The notes under the pieces are model-generated. The model searched no databases. It saw only the letters and a list, made by a program, of their open reading frames with translations, and was not told where the DNA came from. A program made the position numbers and the translations under genes. From positions 64,001-128,000 of the forward strand of contig OZ223265.1 of NCBI GenBank assembly GCA_965140585.1: a stretch of 64,000 bases of DNA, written 5' to 3'. Source of the DNA: Spirochaetia bacterium (lineage in GTDB: Bacteria; Spirochaetota; Spirochaetia; UBA9216). Of this stretch, positions 30,168 through 40,009 are shown in pieces (positions within the stretch are counted from its first letter, which is position 1; each line of letters opens with the position of its first letter).

Positions 30168-30719
30168 ATGAATAGAGGCAAGAAAATAGTTGTTATCGCA
30201 CATTGTTATTTAAATCAAAATGCCAGGGTCAAGCCGTATGCAGGTCATAAGGGTGCATTTAAGGCTCTGCTTGAACCATTAATCAGCAATGACTTTGGTA
30301 TCATTCAGCTCCCCTGCCCTGAAACAACAGGATGCGGCTTAAACCGCTGGGAAGCCGTAACAGAGCAGTATGATAATCCCAGTTTCAGACGGCACTGCAG
30401 AAGCATCCTGCAGCCCTATGTTGATCAGCTGCTCGAACACCAGAAAGTCGGCGATAAGATTTATGCAGTAATAGGAGTACCTTTCAGCCCCTGCTGCGGT
30501 ACGCAGTTCAATCCTTCAAATCCGTACTGGGGCGGTCCCGTCCTTGAAGAAAAAGCTCCACCGCTTGAGATTGTTCCCGGTCCTGCAGTTTTTATGCAGG
30601 AATTGATGAAAATGGCAGAAGAGGCAGGTGTAAAACTTGATTATATGGATATTTCAGAATCTGCGGACATGTTTCCGGAACTTCAGCCGGAGATTGTTTT
30701 AGGTAAAATCCTGAATTAA
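30168..30719 (+). CDS. CD3072/TudS-related (DUF523-like) putative Fe-S desulfidase
   Basis: HCYLNQN, IQLPCPE, SPCCG. Confidence 0.8.
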   Translation: MNRGKKIVVIAHCYLNQNARVKPYAGHKGAFKALLEPLISNDFGIIQLPCPETTGCGLNRWEAVTEQYDNPSFRRHCRSILQPYVDQLLEHQKVGDKIYAVIGVPFSPCCGTQFNPSNPYWGGPVLEEKAPPLEIVPGPAVFMQELMKMAEEAGVKLDYMDISESADMFPELQPEIVLGKILN

Positions 30720-30723
30720 TAAT

Positions 30724-32256
30724 TTATTCAAAATACTGTCCAGATTTGTACAGCCACTCCTCAGAAATATTATCTCCTTCAAGGTCAATAATATACTTCC
30801 TTTCTGAGTCAGTTAATTCATCCAACCGCTCACTGCAGATCTTTCCGTTATTTACCTTGATATACCTCTCTTCATACAAGTAGTCACATCCGAATTTGCA
30901 TAATGGCCAAACTATTCTCGGATCGATTCTTTCATTTTCATTACACACTGATCTTTTTTTCTTGTGAGCAGTTACAAGAGATTTAGTTTTAAATTTTTTC
31001 CCGCAGATGGCACACTCCAATTCATTCGCGTCCTTAAAAAGATAGTCCTGCAGTATTCTCTGCTCAGCGCGCCTGAAAGAATTTATTTCTTTGTCGGTAT
31101 TATTGAAGTGCTTAATCAATTTATTGCGATAAAGTATATACTTATCTTCAACCAGCGTGTCTTCTGTCTCAAATTCTGAAACAAATATTAACCGATAATT
31201 CTTCCGTCCGGCTGATTTATCGACAAAAATAAACGGAGAATGATAGCAGTTTTTAACTGCATTTGCATCAGAGTAGTTATTGAGTAGAAACATTTGCTTC
31301 AAATCATTATAGACTGCTTCAGAAATATTTCTGTCTTTAAAGTAGCTGATTATTATATTGTCGGATTCAGACAAAGTCGGTATTTCAAGGTTCTCTTTAA
31401 AATAAAGAATCTCTCCCTTAACATCAGTATAAACCGAGCTTTCCAGATACTTCCTGATTACTCTTACGGACGGGTATTCGTATTTTGAAGTTCTGGCAGT
31501 AACAATCTCATGCAGTATGTCAGCAAGCTTATCAATATTACAGTTGGAAATTTGTGATTTGATTTTTCCTATGCTATTAATAAAAACATTGTCCCTGTTC
31601 TCAAAGGTGTACCACAAACTCAGTCCGTCAGAATATGTATACGAACCTCTGTACTGCATTATAATATATTTAATCATTTCATAAGGCATGCCGTTTTTCG
31701 GATCAAATATTTCTGAAAGAGTTATCAAGCCTGAATGTCCGGGTAGTGTGAAAACCTGCTTCAGGATTTTTTTAAAATGGTTTATTTTATCCTTTTTAAT
31801 AAGAAGAAAATCATCAAGACTGTAAAAATCTTTTCTATCAGCCTTCTTCATTTCAAAATTAAAAATTTCATATGGATAGTTAATATCAAAATATGTTACA
31901 AAATTATTAAATCCGTAGGCATTCATATCGCTGATATCAAAACCTTCATTTAATAAAATATCCTTGATATCTTTAAAAGTATAAATATCACGCTCTGTGA
32001 CAGCCGTTAAAAACTTTTCAAACCTGCTCTGATCGGATTCTGATACAGCATTTGAAACTTTGCTCTGTATTCTCTGCCGTATATATTCTCTGGAGACGCT
32101 GAATTCATCTCCGACAGTCTGACCGTTTGGATAACGGTTATCGGAGAATCCAAAAAACATGGATACAATACTTATATCTCTTTCAATATTGAGTTCGTCG
32201 CGTTTATTATTTTCTGTTTTTAATACAAGCTCATACAGGTAGTTCTGAAAATTCAT
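30724..32256 (-). CDS. Putative nuclease: sigma region-4-like HTH plus C-terminal HNH-type domain
   Basis: QTVGDEFSVSREYIRQ; RAEQ..L..CAICG..AHKKKRSVC..CKFGCDYLYE; AT-rich. Confidence 0.75.
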   Translation of the reverse strand: MNFQNYLYELVLKTENNKRDELNIERDISIVSMFFGFSDNRYPNGQTVGDEFSVSREYIRQRIQSKVSNAVSESDQSRFEKFLTAVTERDIYTFKDIKDILLNEGFDISDMNAYGFNNFVTYFDINYPYEIFNFEMKKADRKDFYSLDDFLLIKKDKINHFKKILKQVFTLPGHSGLITLSEIFDPKNGMPYEMIKYIIMQYRGSYTYSDGLSLWYTFENRDNVFINSIGKIKSQISNCNIDKLADILHEIVTARTSKYEYPSVRVIRKYLESSVYTDVKGEILYFKENLEIPTLSESDNIIISYFKDRNISEAVYNDLKQMFLLNNYSDANAVKNCYHSPFIFVDKSAGRKNYRLIFVSEFETEDTLVEDKYILYRNKLIKHFNNTDKEINSFRRAEQRILQDYLFKDANELECAICGKKFKTKSLVTAHKKKRSVCNENERIDPRIVWPLCKFGCDYLYEERYIKVNNGKICSERLDELTDSERKYIIDLEGDNISEEWLYKSGQYFE

Positions 32257-32341
32257 GGTCGGTGTTATATCAGTTCTTTCAATTTAAGGGGAATATAATG
32301 TCTTTTAAATCAAATTGACAATTTTAGAATTAGTTCATTAT

Positions 32342-32628
32342 ATGAAAAATGAACAACTATTAGTTAGTTTAATACAGACTTTAAACTCAACAATCAATAT
32401 ACCGCTTAAGTATTAACCATATTATCTAAAATGGGCAAAAGAGTTTTTAAAATACTGTAATGAAAAAAATATCAATGATTGATTAAAGAATTTCTTACTT
32501 TCTCTTATAAAGACTCCGGAACAGTAACAGATCAGAATGTAAGTGCAACCATAATTTATACTCATGTTGCATCAAAAAACAATCTTGGCGTTCAAAGTCC
32601 GCTGGATCAACTTAGGGCGTCAAAATAA
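32342..32628 (+). pseudogene. intI: Integron-integrase remnant with large internal deletion
   Basis: N-part IPLKY*PYYLKWAKEFLKYC...NFLLSL; C-part (32530-32628) DQNVSATIIYTHVASKNNLGVQSPLD. Confidence 0.75.
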
Positions 32629-32667
32629 CCGAAAACAGTAGACAAACGCCATATTTTTTTTATAATA

Positions 32668-33603
32668 ATGAGTGTGAAGCAGGAAATTATTCGTTTTAAC
32701 ATTGAGAGACAGGATAAAACTGACCTGGATGTAAAAGCTTACCTTGCAAGAATAGGCATCATCGAAATTCCCGAACCGACGCTTGAGAACCTCAGGCTGT
32801 TGCAGAGCAGTCATCTGCTTCATGTCCCCTTTGAAAACCTGAATATTCATATTTTCAGTCGTCTGTCACAGGATCCCCAGGAGCTGTTTGAGAAGATAGT
32901 GCTTCAGAGACGGGGCGGTATATGTTATGAGCTCAACCTGATGTATATGCTCCTGCTTCAGAAAATCGGTTATGATGTAACATATCATGGAGGCCGGGTT
33001 ACAGACGAAGGAACGTTCTTTGACCACACCTTTATAATAGCTAAAATTGACGGAGCCAAATACATTACCGATGTCGGTTTCGGTGATAATTTTATGTATC
33101 CGATGAAATTTGAAGCAGATTTACTTCACAAAGATCCAAAGGGCGATTTCATGATCGACTATGAAGGCGGCGGTTACTATGCTCTATGGAAAAAGACTCC
33201 GGGAAAACCTGTAAAAGGCTATACTTTTACACTTAATATCCGCAAACCGTCGGATTTTACAGAGCGTAGAATCTTCTACACAACTGATCCTTCATCACCT
33301 TTTCATAAAAACCTTATATGTTCCATTGAAAAGAGGGACGGCCGTGTATCATTAAAACAGTCAAAAATAATGATTACCAACGGTTCACAGCGGTCCCAGC
33401 GTAAAATAGATAACTTTCACCATTATATTACACTTTTGTATGATAACTTCGGAATTGTCTTATCGCCGGATGAAAGACGAAAACTAAAAAAAAGCAGATT
33501 TTGGAATAAAAAGTATAATCAGAGAAAAACTCATGCATTGTTAATGGCCAGTTCTATCCAGCAGACCTTCATCAACAAGATGGGAACTCTGCTGGGAGGA
33601 TAA
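32668..33603 (+). CDS. Arylamine N-acetyltransferase
   Basis: AYLARIG, HVPFENL, RRGGICYELN, DH, DVGFG (Cys-His-Asp triad). Confidence 0.92.
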   Translation: MSVKQEIIRFNIERQDKTDLDVKAYLARIGIIEIPEPTLENLRLLQSSHLLHVPFENLNIHIFSRLSQDPQELFEKIVLQRRGGICYELNLMYMLLLQKIGYDVTYHGGRVTDEGTFFDHTFIIAKIDGAKYITDVGFGDNFMYPMKFEADLLHKDPKGDFMIDYEGGGYYALWKKTPGKPVKGYTFTLNIRKPSDFTERRIFYTTDPSSPFHKNLICSIEKRDGRVSLKQSKIMITNGSQRSQRKIDNFHHYITLLYDNFGIVLSPDERRKLKKSRFWNKKYNQRKTHALLMASSIQQTFINKMGTLLGG

Positions 33604-33604
33604 A

Positions 33605-34243
33605 ATGTGGTTCGGAACTTCCGCCAACACAGCTGCTGCTGATATTGCAAATCAGGCAGTACGCGACAGTTCTAATTTTGACTGGACATTCATCGCGATA
33701 TTTGCCGTTGTCGTATATATCTATGCAACGGAAATTAAAAATAAAAATTACCGCTCAGTTGCTGCAGGTCTTGCGCTGTACACAGTTCACTGGTTTTATG
33801 AAATCCTTAATGCCATAATTGCACACTTCTCCGGTTATGCGCTGTGGACAGTATCTCCGGAAAGCACAAGTTTCATCCTTTTGATAGGTGTAAGCTGGGA
33901 ACTTTCGATGATGTTCAGTGTCGCAGGTATAGCACTTTCAAAACTGCTTCCTGAAGACAGGTATATGAAAATACTTGGCATAAACAACCGAATAGCTTTT
34001 GCTGTAGGAAATGCTGCTTTTTTCTCAATATTTGAAGTCTTCCTTGCATCTACGCCGGCATTTATATGGGTCTATCCCTGGTGGGGAGCTGTTCCGGTTT
34101 TTATAACTACATATATCCCGTTTTTCCTGGCCTCATTTCTTGTTTTTGATCTGCCCGGAAAAAAACAGAGACGATTTATAATTTCTGCAGCCCTACTTGA
34201 TGCTCTACTGCTCGCAGTCCTTATTCCAGCCGGAATAATTTAG
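33605..34243 (+). CDS. Hypothetical integral membrane protein
   Basis: Several TM helices, GGAGG SD, 1 nt after NAT stop. Confidence 0.8.
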   Translation: MWFGTSANTAAADIANQAVRDSSNFDWTFIAIFAVVVYIYATEIKNKNYRSVAAGLALYTVHWFYEILNAIIAHFSGYALWTVSPESTSFILLIGVSWELSMMFSVAGIALSKLLPEDRYMKILGINNRIAFAVGNAAFFSIFEVFLASTPAFIWVYPWWGAVPVFITTYIPFFLASFLVFDLPGKKQRRFIISAALLDALLLAVLIPAGII

Positions 34244-34270
34244 TGTATTAAATAATCATGTAAATATTAT

Positions 34271-34319
34271 TTGACAAGAACTCTACTCTCCTATATATTA
34301 TCATTGTTATATATAGGAG
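34271..34319 (+). promoter_or_regulatory. Sigma70 promoter with overlapping operator/inverted repeat
   Basis: TTGACA-17-TATATT; CTCCTATATAT/ATATATAGGAG inverted repeat covering -10 and SD. Confidence 0.7.
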
Positions 34320-34328
34320 TATTTAAAT

Positions 34329-34730
34329 ATGACCGCCATAATTGCTGTAATAGCAGGAATCGCAATTCTTTTTTTCGGATCTCAATATCTTATCGTCCTG
34401 AAAATGAAACTTAAAAAAGGTAAATCTGCACCTGAATTACCAGGCGTTTACGGAAAGGCTGTAAAGAATAAAAAAACATCGCTGTTCTATTTCTACAGCC
34501 CGCAATGCGGAGCATGCAGAACGATGACTCCGCTTGTTGAGCAGTACACAAAAAATAATTCAAGATGTTTTAAGATCGATATTACCAAAGATTCAAAAAC
34601 AGCTTCAGCTTTTGGAATAATGGCTACTCCATCAACTGCAGTAGTAGAGGACGGGATAATACGTGATTTTATTGTTGGACCGAAGCCTCAGTCGGATTTT
34701 GTGGAGCTGCTTGAGCAGACCAGAAGCTGA
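34329..34730 (+). CDS. Membrane-anchored thioredoxin-family protein
   Basis: N-terminal TM, FYSPQCGAC, GIMATP. Confidence 0.88.
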   Translation: MTAIIAVIAGIAILFFGSQYLIVLKMKLKKGKSAPELPGVYGKAVKNKKTSLFYFYSPQCGACRTMTPLVEQYTKNNSRCFKIDITKDSKTASAFGIMATPSTAVVEDGIIRDFIVGPKPQSDFVELLEQTRS

Positions 34731-34795
34731 ATCGGCTCTAATTACATGGCCATCCGTTTTCAGACCCTCGCACCTCTGAGAACATATCCAAATAG

Positions 34796-34827
34796 AAAGA
34801 GCAGCCCCTTCATAAGGCTGCTCTTTC
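34796..34827. terminator. Terminator of glyQS-tyrS (possibly bidirectional)
   Basis: AAAGAGCAGCC/GGCTGCTCTTT inverted repeat. Confidence 0.75.
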
Positions 34828-34854
34828 TCCTTTATATTCATTCCATGTAAATTA

Positions 34855-36099
34855 CTAACCGGCAATCACTCTGAAATATCTTTTCTTTCCTGCTTTCAGC
34901 AGTATCTCACCATCATTAACTGAATCAGCATTGATTACAGCATCAATATCGGTAATCTGAACATCATTGACTCTGGCACCTCCCTGCTGAACAAGTCTTC
35001 TGGCCTCACCCTTTGATGAACAAAGGTCGGTTTTTGCAAAGAGATCCATAATACCGATTCCGGCTTCAAGCTCTGACATCGGAATCGTAACAGAAGGAAT
35101 GGCATCCTTGTCAGCAGCTCCGCCTCCACTTGTAAATGCGGCCTTTGCAGCTTCAAGGGCCTTATCAGCCTCTTCGTCACCATGGATCAGCTTTGTCTGC
35201 TCATAGGCAAGTCTTTCTTTTGCCCTGTTGATATCGGAACCTTCAAGCTTTTCAAGCTCATCAATCTCCTCGATAGGCAGAAATGTGAAGAACTTCAGGA
35301 ACTTGCCAACATCGGCATCTGCCACATTTCTCCAGTACTGAAAAAACTCATATGGGCTGAACATTTTCGGATCGAGGAAAACCGCGCCCTTCTCTGTCTT
35401 GCCCATCTTCTTTCCGTCAGATCTGGTCACAAGCGGAAAAGTGAGTCCAAAGGCCTTAGCCTCTGCGCCTTCAACACGTCTTATAAGCTCCATACCTGAA
35501 ACAATGTTGCCCCACTGATCGTCTCCACCCATCTGCAGAGCACAGCCGTAATCCTGATGAAGCTTCAGGAAGTCGTATGACTGAAGCAGCTGGTAGTTGA
35601 ACTCAATAAAGTTGAGCCCCTTCTCCATCCGCTGCTTGTATGATTCAAAACTGAGCATGCGGTTAACCGAGAAATGGATTCCTATATCCCTGAGAAATTC
35701 AAGGTAGTTAAGAGGGCCAAGCCAGTCATAGTTATTTACCATGATAGCCTTGCCTTCAGAAAAATCTATAATTTTACCAAGCTGATCCTTGATTGATGAG
35801 GAGTTCTGCTGAATCTGCTCGATGGTCAGCATCTTTCTCATGTCTGACTTTCCGGAAGGATCGCCAATCATGGAAGTTCCACCGCCTACAACAGCGATGG
35901 GCCTGTGTCCGGCAGCCTGCAGGTGATGCATGGCAAAAAAGGGAACCATGTGACCTATATGAAGGCTCGGTCCGGTGGGGTCGACACCGACGTAGAGAGA
36001 AATACTCTCTTCAGACATCAATTTTTCAAGGGCGTCAATATCAGTACACTGCTGTATAAAACCCCGTTCTCTAAGTACTTCAAGGCCTGATTTAGCCAT
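34855..36099 (-). CDS. tyrS: Tyrosine--tRNA ligase
   Basis: HIGH, QMGGDDQWGNI, KMGKT, C-terminal S4 domain. Confidence 0.97.
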   Translation of the reverse strand: MAKSGLEVLRERGFIQQCTDIDALEKLMSEESISLYVGVDPTGPSLHIGHMVPFFAMHHLQAAGHRPIAVVGGGTSMIGDPSGKSDMRKMLTIEQIQQNSSSIKDQLGKIIDFSEGKAIMVNNYDWLGPLNYLEFLRDIGIHFSVNRMLSFESYKQRMEKGLNFIEFNYQLLQSYDFLKLHQDYGCALQMGGDDQWGNIVSGMELIRRVEGAEAKAFGLTFPLVTRSDGKKMGKTEKGAVFLDPKMFSPYEFFQYWRNVADADVGKFLKFFTFLPIEEIDELEKLEGSDINRAKERLAYEQTKLIHGDEEADKALEAAKAAFTSGGGAADKDAIPSVTIPMSELEAGIGIMDLFAKTDLCSSKGEARRLVQQGGARVNDVQITDIDAVINADSVNDGEILLKAGKKRYFRVIAG

Positions 36100-36112
36100 A
36101 TTTTTTTTATCC

Positions 36113-37462
36113 TTATACTACGCGTTTGTAATTTTTAATCGCGGCTTTGATAGTCGGTACGAGCTGATCGATTCCGACACGGACCTGCTCCATCGAATCA
36201 CGGTATCTGAGGGTAACTGTCTTGTCTTCCAGAGTGTCGTAGTCAACAGTTACACAGAATGGTGTTCCGATTTCGTCCTGACGCCTGTACCTTCGGCCGA
36301 TGGCGCCGGACTGGTCATAAAACGTGGTGAAATCGTCACGCAGTTCTTCTTCGATACTGCGAGCCAATTCCGCAAGCCCGTCCTTTTTAACAAGAGGGAA
36401 TACACCGACTGTAACAGGAGCAATATTCGGATGAAATCTCATCACTACCCTGCTGTCCGGATTACCCTTCGAGTCTTCACCGAGATCCTCTTCTTCGTAT
36501 GCATCTGACAGAACCATCAGAACACTTCGGGTAAGTCCCGCGGAGGTCTCAATTACATATGGAATATATCTTTCCTTGGTTTCTTCTTCTAAATAGTTAA
36601 TTTCCTTTCCGCAGTATTCACTGTGCCTTGAAAGGTCAAAATCAGTTCTGTTATGAACACCCTCAAGTTCAGAAAAACCGAAGGGGAAATCAAATTCTAT
36701 ATCGTATGCATCTTTCGCGTAATGTGCAAGTTCATCGGGTCCGTGCTGGTGCCACTGAATCTTTGCAGGATTGATACCAAGCTTGTTGACGTAGTAGTTC
36801 CAGCGCTGTTCTTTCCAGTATTCAAACCATTTCTCATCTTCACCGGGCTTAACAAAAAACTGCATCTCCATCTGTTCGAATTCACAGGTTCTGAAGATGA
36901 AATTCTTGGTGGTAATTTCATTTCTGAATGCTTTTCCCACCTGGGCTATACCGAATGGAATCTTTACGCGGCTTGACTGAACAACATTCTTAAAGTTGAC
37001 AAAAATACCCTGAGCTGTTTCCGGTCTCAAATAAACCACTGAACCGGCCTCTGCAACCGGACCCAAATGAGTCTTAAACATGAGATTGAACTCACGGGGC
37101 TCGGTAAATGTGCCCTTATTTCCGCAGACAGGACAGGCGGCTTCAAGGTCTATATGGTCAGCACGAAAGCGGCTTTTACATTCCTTACAGTCTACCATAG
37201 GGTCGGAGAAGTTCTCAACATGTCCTGAAGCTTCCCAGACACGGGGGTGCATCATAATGGCCGCATCAATACCTACGATATTGTCATGCAGCTGGGTCAT
37301 CTCTTTCCACCATACCTTCTGTATGTTTTTCTTGAGTTCTACACCCAGCGGACCGTAATCCCATGCAGAGGAAAGACCTCCGTAGATCTCGCTTGACTGA
37401 TATACAAAACCCCTTCTTTTACACAGGGATACTAATTGATCCATAGTTACGTTATTTGCCAT
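36113..37462 (-). CDS. glyQS: Glycine--tRNA ligase (alpha2 type)
   Basis: [38 protein letters not shown]. Confidence 0.97.
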   Translation of the reverse strand: MANNVTMDQLVSLCKRRGFVYQSSEIYGGLSSAWDYGPLGVELKKNIQKVWWKEMTQLHDNIVGIDAAIMMHPRVWEASGHVENFSDPMVDCKECKSRFRADHIDLEAACPVCGNKGTFTEPREFNLMFKTHLGPVAEAGSVVYLRPETAQGIFVNFKNVVQSSRVKIPFGIAQVGKAFRNEITTKNFIFRTCEFEQMEMQFFVKPGEDEKWFEYWKEQRWNYYVNKLGINPAKIQWHQHGPDELAHYAKDAYDIEFDFPFGFSELEGVHNRTDFDLSRHSEYCGKEINYLEEETKERYIPYVIETSAGLTRSVLMVLSDAYEEEDLGEDSKGNPDSRVVMRFHPNIAPVTVGVFPLVKKDGLAELARSIEEELRDDFTTFYDQSGAIGRRYRRQDEIGTPFCVTVDYDTLEDKTVTLRYRDSMEQVRVGIDQLVPTIKAAIKNYKRVV

Positions 37463-37495
37463 GTTTTACACCTTTTCAGTGGATTGTGTTGTTGG

Positions 37496-37521
37496 AAAAA
37501 CATCCCGTATCTAAGCGGGAT
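37496..37521 (-). terminator. Hairpin plus U-run between antiporter and glyQS
   Basis: ATCCCG/CGGGAT stem followed by GTTTTT. Confidence 0.5.
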
Positions 37522-37567
37522 AGACAATAAAATATAATAAATTCACCATTATTTCAAGCTGTAAGTA

Positions 37568-39265
37568 TCAGCCGAGGTCTTCCGCCTTCTTGTTGAGTTC
37601 AGCCAGTTTCTTTGAAAAAAGAAGCTGGATACCCCTTTCTTCTATTATTCCCTTCAGCGAACCGTCCTTTGACAGAACAGGGATGTAGTCAACGCTGTAT
37701 TTACGGAAAAGCATCTTGACTTCATCGGCCGGGGTGTCTTCACTGCAGGTAACTACCGAAGGTTTCATAATATCGTGTGCTAGCAGAAAGTCTGAAAGCT
37801 CAGCAGCCATAAAGGTGTTTTTCAGGTCGTCAATGCTGATAACTCCGGCAAGACTGCCGTCGTTCTGGGTTACAGGAAAGCAGAGTGCTTCATTCTCACT
37901 GAAGATATGAAGAATCCGGCTTACCGGAGCTCCCTCAGGTATTGTGGGAAGGTTATGAAACATAAGATCTTTTGCACTGCTCTGCTTAATAAGATCCTCT
38001 TCTGTAATGTTCAGCCCGGTTTCACCTGCTTTATCCACTGCAAACTTTACACTGATGGGTCCGAGCAGCTGAACAACAAATGTAGTCGCTGTAACTACAG
38101 TCACAATCAAATCACCGATTGGGCCGGTAAAGCTGTCCCCGGCTACAATTGAAAGACCGATTGCAACACCGGCCTGGCTCAGCAGACAGAATGGAAGGTA
38201 CTTATAAACAGTTTTCGGAGCCTTGCTGATAAAGGCACCGGTCTTTGCTCCTATAAACTTACCGCCCGTTCTTCCTACAAGAAAAACTCCGGCAAGAACC
38301 GCAACAACAGGCGTTATCGACCATATATTAAGCTTTGCGCCTACCAGCACAAAGAACAGAACGTATATGGGAGGAGAAAACTTCTGTACAAGAGCAAAGG
38401 TTTCACGGCTTTTACGCGGAGCAAAGTTGGTCATAAAGAATCCCATCGACATAGCCGCAAGAATCATATCTATATCAAGGGCAACACAAAGGCCGCTTAA
38501 AAGCATTATAGCTCCAAGCGAGAATGCAAGAATACGCTCCTCGTTTATAAAGCCCCGGATAAGTTTGCTCAGCAGGTATCCCACTGCAGCTCCTACACCG
38601 ATCGACATTACAATCTCTATTACTATAGAAAGGAGCTGTGAAGCCACCGAAATATCGGCACCCGCGGCGACATCAAGAAATCCGGCCGCGATACTTGTGG
38701 CAAAGGCAAAAAGCAGAAGCGCAACAGCATCATCCATGGCTACAATGCCTAAAACAGTGGTTGTGAGAGGGCCCTTGGTCCGATTTTCCCATAGAACATC
38801 TGTTGTTGCGGCCGGAGCTGTGGCTGAAGATATTGCCCCCAGAAGCAGGCCCAGTGAAATGGCTGTCCCCTGATCCTTCGTTATAATCAGAACAGCAGCA
38901 TATACAAGCAGGCCTACAACAATAAAAGCTGTAATCGCCTCAAAAACAAGAATATATGCGAACTGCTTACCCCGCTGCTTCAGCACCGAAATCTTCAATT
39001 CACCGCCGATTGAAAAACCAATCAGCGAAAGCGCAACAGTACTTACCGGAGCCATCTTTGTAACCATATCGGGACCGATAAACTTAAGCCCCGACTGCCC
39101 AAGAATTACACCGATAACTATGTAGCCTACAACCTGGGGAATCTTTATTTTCTGAAACAGTCTGCCGCCCAAAGCTCCTCCGAAGAGAACGATTCCAAGG
39201 AACAGAACCATATTTACATGAGTAGTTGAAACTGTATTGAATATACCGGAGAAAAAATCAGCCAT
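37568..39265 (-). CDS. Cation:proton antiporter (CPA2) with C-terminal CBS pair
   Basis: PQVVGY, SATAPA, MDDA, SQAGVAIG; CBS repeats. Confidence 0.9.
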   Translation of the reverse strand: MADFFSGIFNTVSTTHVNMVLFLGIVLFGGALGGRLFQKIKIPQVVGYIVIGVILGQSGLKFIGPDMVTKMAPVSTVALSLIGFSIGGELKISVLKQRGKQFAYILVFEAITAFIVVGLLVYAAVLIITKDQGTAISLGLLLGAISSATAPAATTDVLWENRTKGPLTTTVLGIVAMDDAVALLLFAFATSIAAGFLDVAAGADISVASQLLSIVIEIVMSIGVGAAVGYLLSKLIRGFINEERILAFSLGAIMLLSGLCVALDIDMILAAMSMGFFMTNFAPRKSRETFALVQKFSPPIYVLFFVLVGAKLNIWSITPVVAVLAGVFLVGRTGGKFIGAKTGAFISKAPKTVYKYLPFCLLSQAGVAIGLSIVAGDSFTGPIGDLIVTVVTATTFVVQLLGPISVKFAVDKAGETGLNITEEDLIKQSSAKDLMFHNLPTIPEGAPVSRILHIFSENEALCFPVTQNDGSLAGVISIDDLKNTFMAAELSDFLLAHDIMKPSVVTCSEDTPADEVKMLFRKYSVDYIPVLSKDGSLKGIIEERGIQLLFSKKLAELNKKAEDLG

Positions 39266-39743
39266 CTGCGTTTTCCCCGACTGAATCACCGTTACCTGAA
39301 TTTAAAAGCAGGCTGCATATTTCATCACCATCAACGGCTTTCAGAAGCGCTTCCTTGACACCTGGCGCCTTAAGACGTCCGACAATCATTGAAAGCAGCC
39401 TGATATGCTCCTTGTGCTGATCCTTTCCGACAATAATCATCACTACAATTTTAACGGATTCCCCATCCATTGATTCATAGTCGGAAATACCTGCCGGCTG
39501 AACGCCGATCAGGATAACTGGCTTGCTTATACCCGCAAACCGGACATGAGGTATTGCTATGCCTAGCCCTATACCGGTACTCATCAGCTGTTCACGGTAG
39601 AAAAGCTCCTTCTTGAGCAGTTCGGTATCTATTTTGCGCTTATATTCACCGAGTCTGTCGGCAAGTTCAATTATTGCCTCAGTCTTGGTCTTCTCTTTCA
39701 GTACACAGGAACATTCCCTGTCGAGTATATTATTAAGATCCAT
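39258..39743 (-). CDS. PTS EIIA (Fru/Ntr type) protein
   Basis: REQLMSTGIGLGIAIPH. Confidence 0.92.
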   Translation of the reverse strand: MDLNNILDRECSCVLKEKTKTEAIIELADRLGEYKRKIDTELLKKELFYREQLMSTGIGLGIAIPHVRFAGISKPVILIGVQPAGISDYESMDGESVKIVVMIIVGKDQHKEHIRLLSMIVGRLKAPGVKEALLKAVDGDEICSLLLNSGNGDSVGENADG

Positions 39744-39944
39744 TAGATTCTCCTACGATATAGCTTAATAAGAGAGCCCCTTTGCTGTCAAGTCCCCTAT
39801 AGTCCATTATAGTCTGTTGTTTAATATTATATGCTTACAGTCTGCCCGCCAGATAATCTACTTTATTTAATCATTGATGATTCTCTCTGCTTTATCTATC
39901 CTGATTAAATTTTAAAAATCTCAAATTAATAAATGTATGAGCAA

Positions 39945-39981
39945 TAAAAAAGCTGAATGCAAAAGTAATAATGCATTCAGC
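39945..39981 (-). terminator. Terminator after gltX
   Basis: AGCTGAATGCA/TGCATTCAGCT inverted repeat, U-run on minus strand. Confidence 0.75.
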
Positions 39982-40009
39982 TGAATTTGAGTTGATTGTT
40001 CTCTATGGT

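Noticed and set aside
26400-34730. attC-delimited cassette array around the intI remnant
   Set aside because: Gene orientations are mixed, several intergenic gaps are very short, and no paired RYYYAAC...GTTRRRY hairpins were found. Only an isolated GTTATAT near 32264 was seen.
37463-37567. T-box leader for glyQS-tyrS
   Set aside because: The region is only about 100 nt with no T-box consensus; the hairpin is explicable as the upstream terminator.
39744-39944. Possible ncRNA or riboswitch upstream of the PTS EIIA gene
   Set aside because: No recognisable conserved motif or strong stem apart from the gltX terminator.
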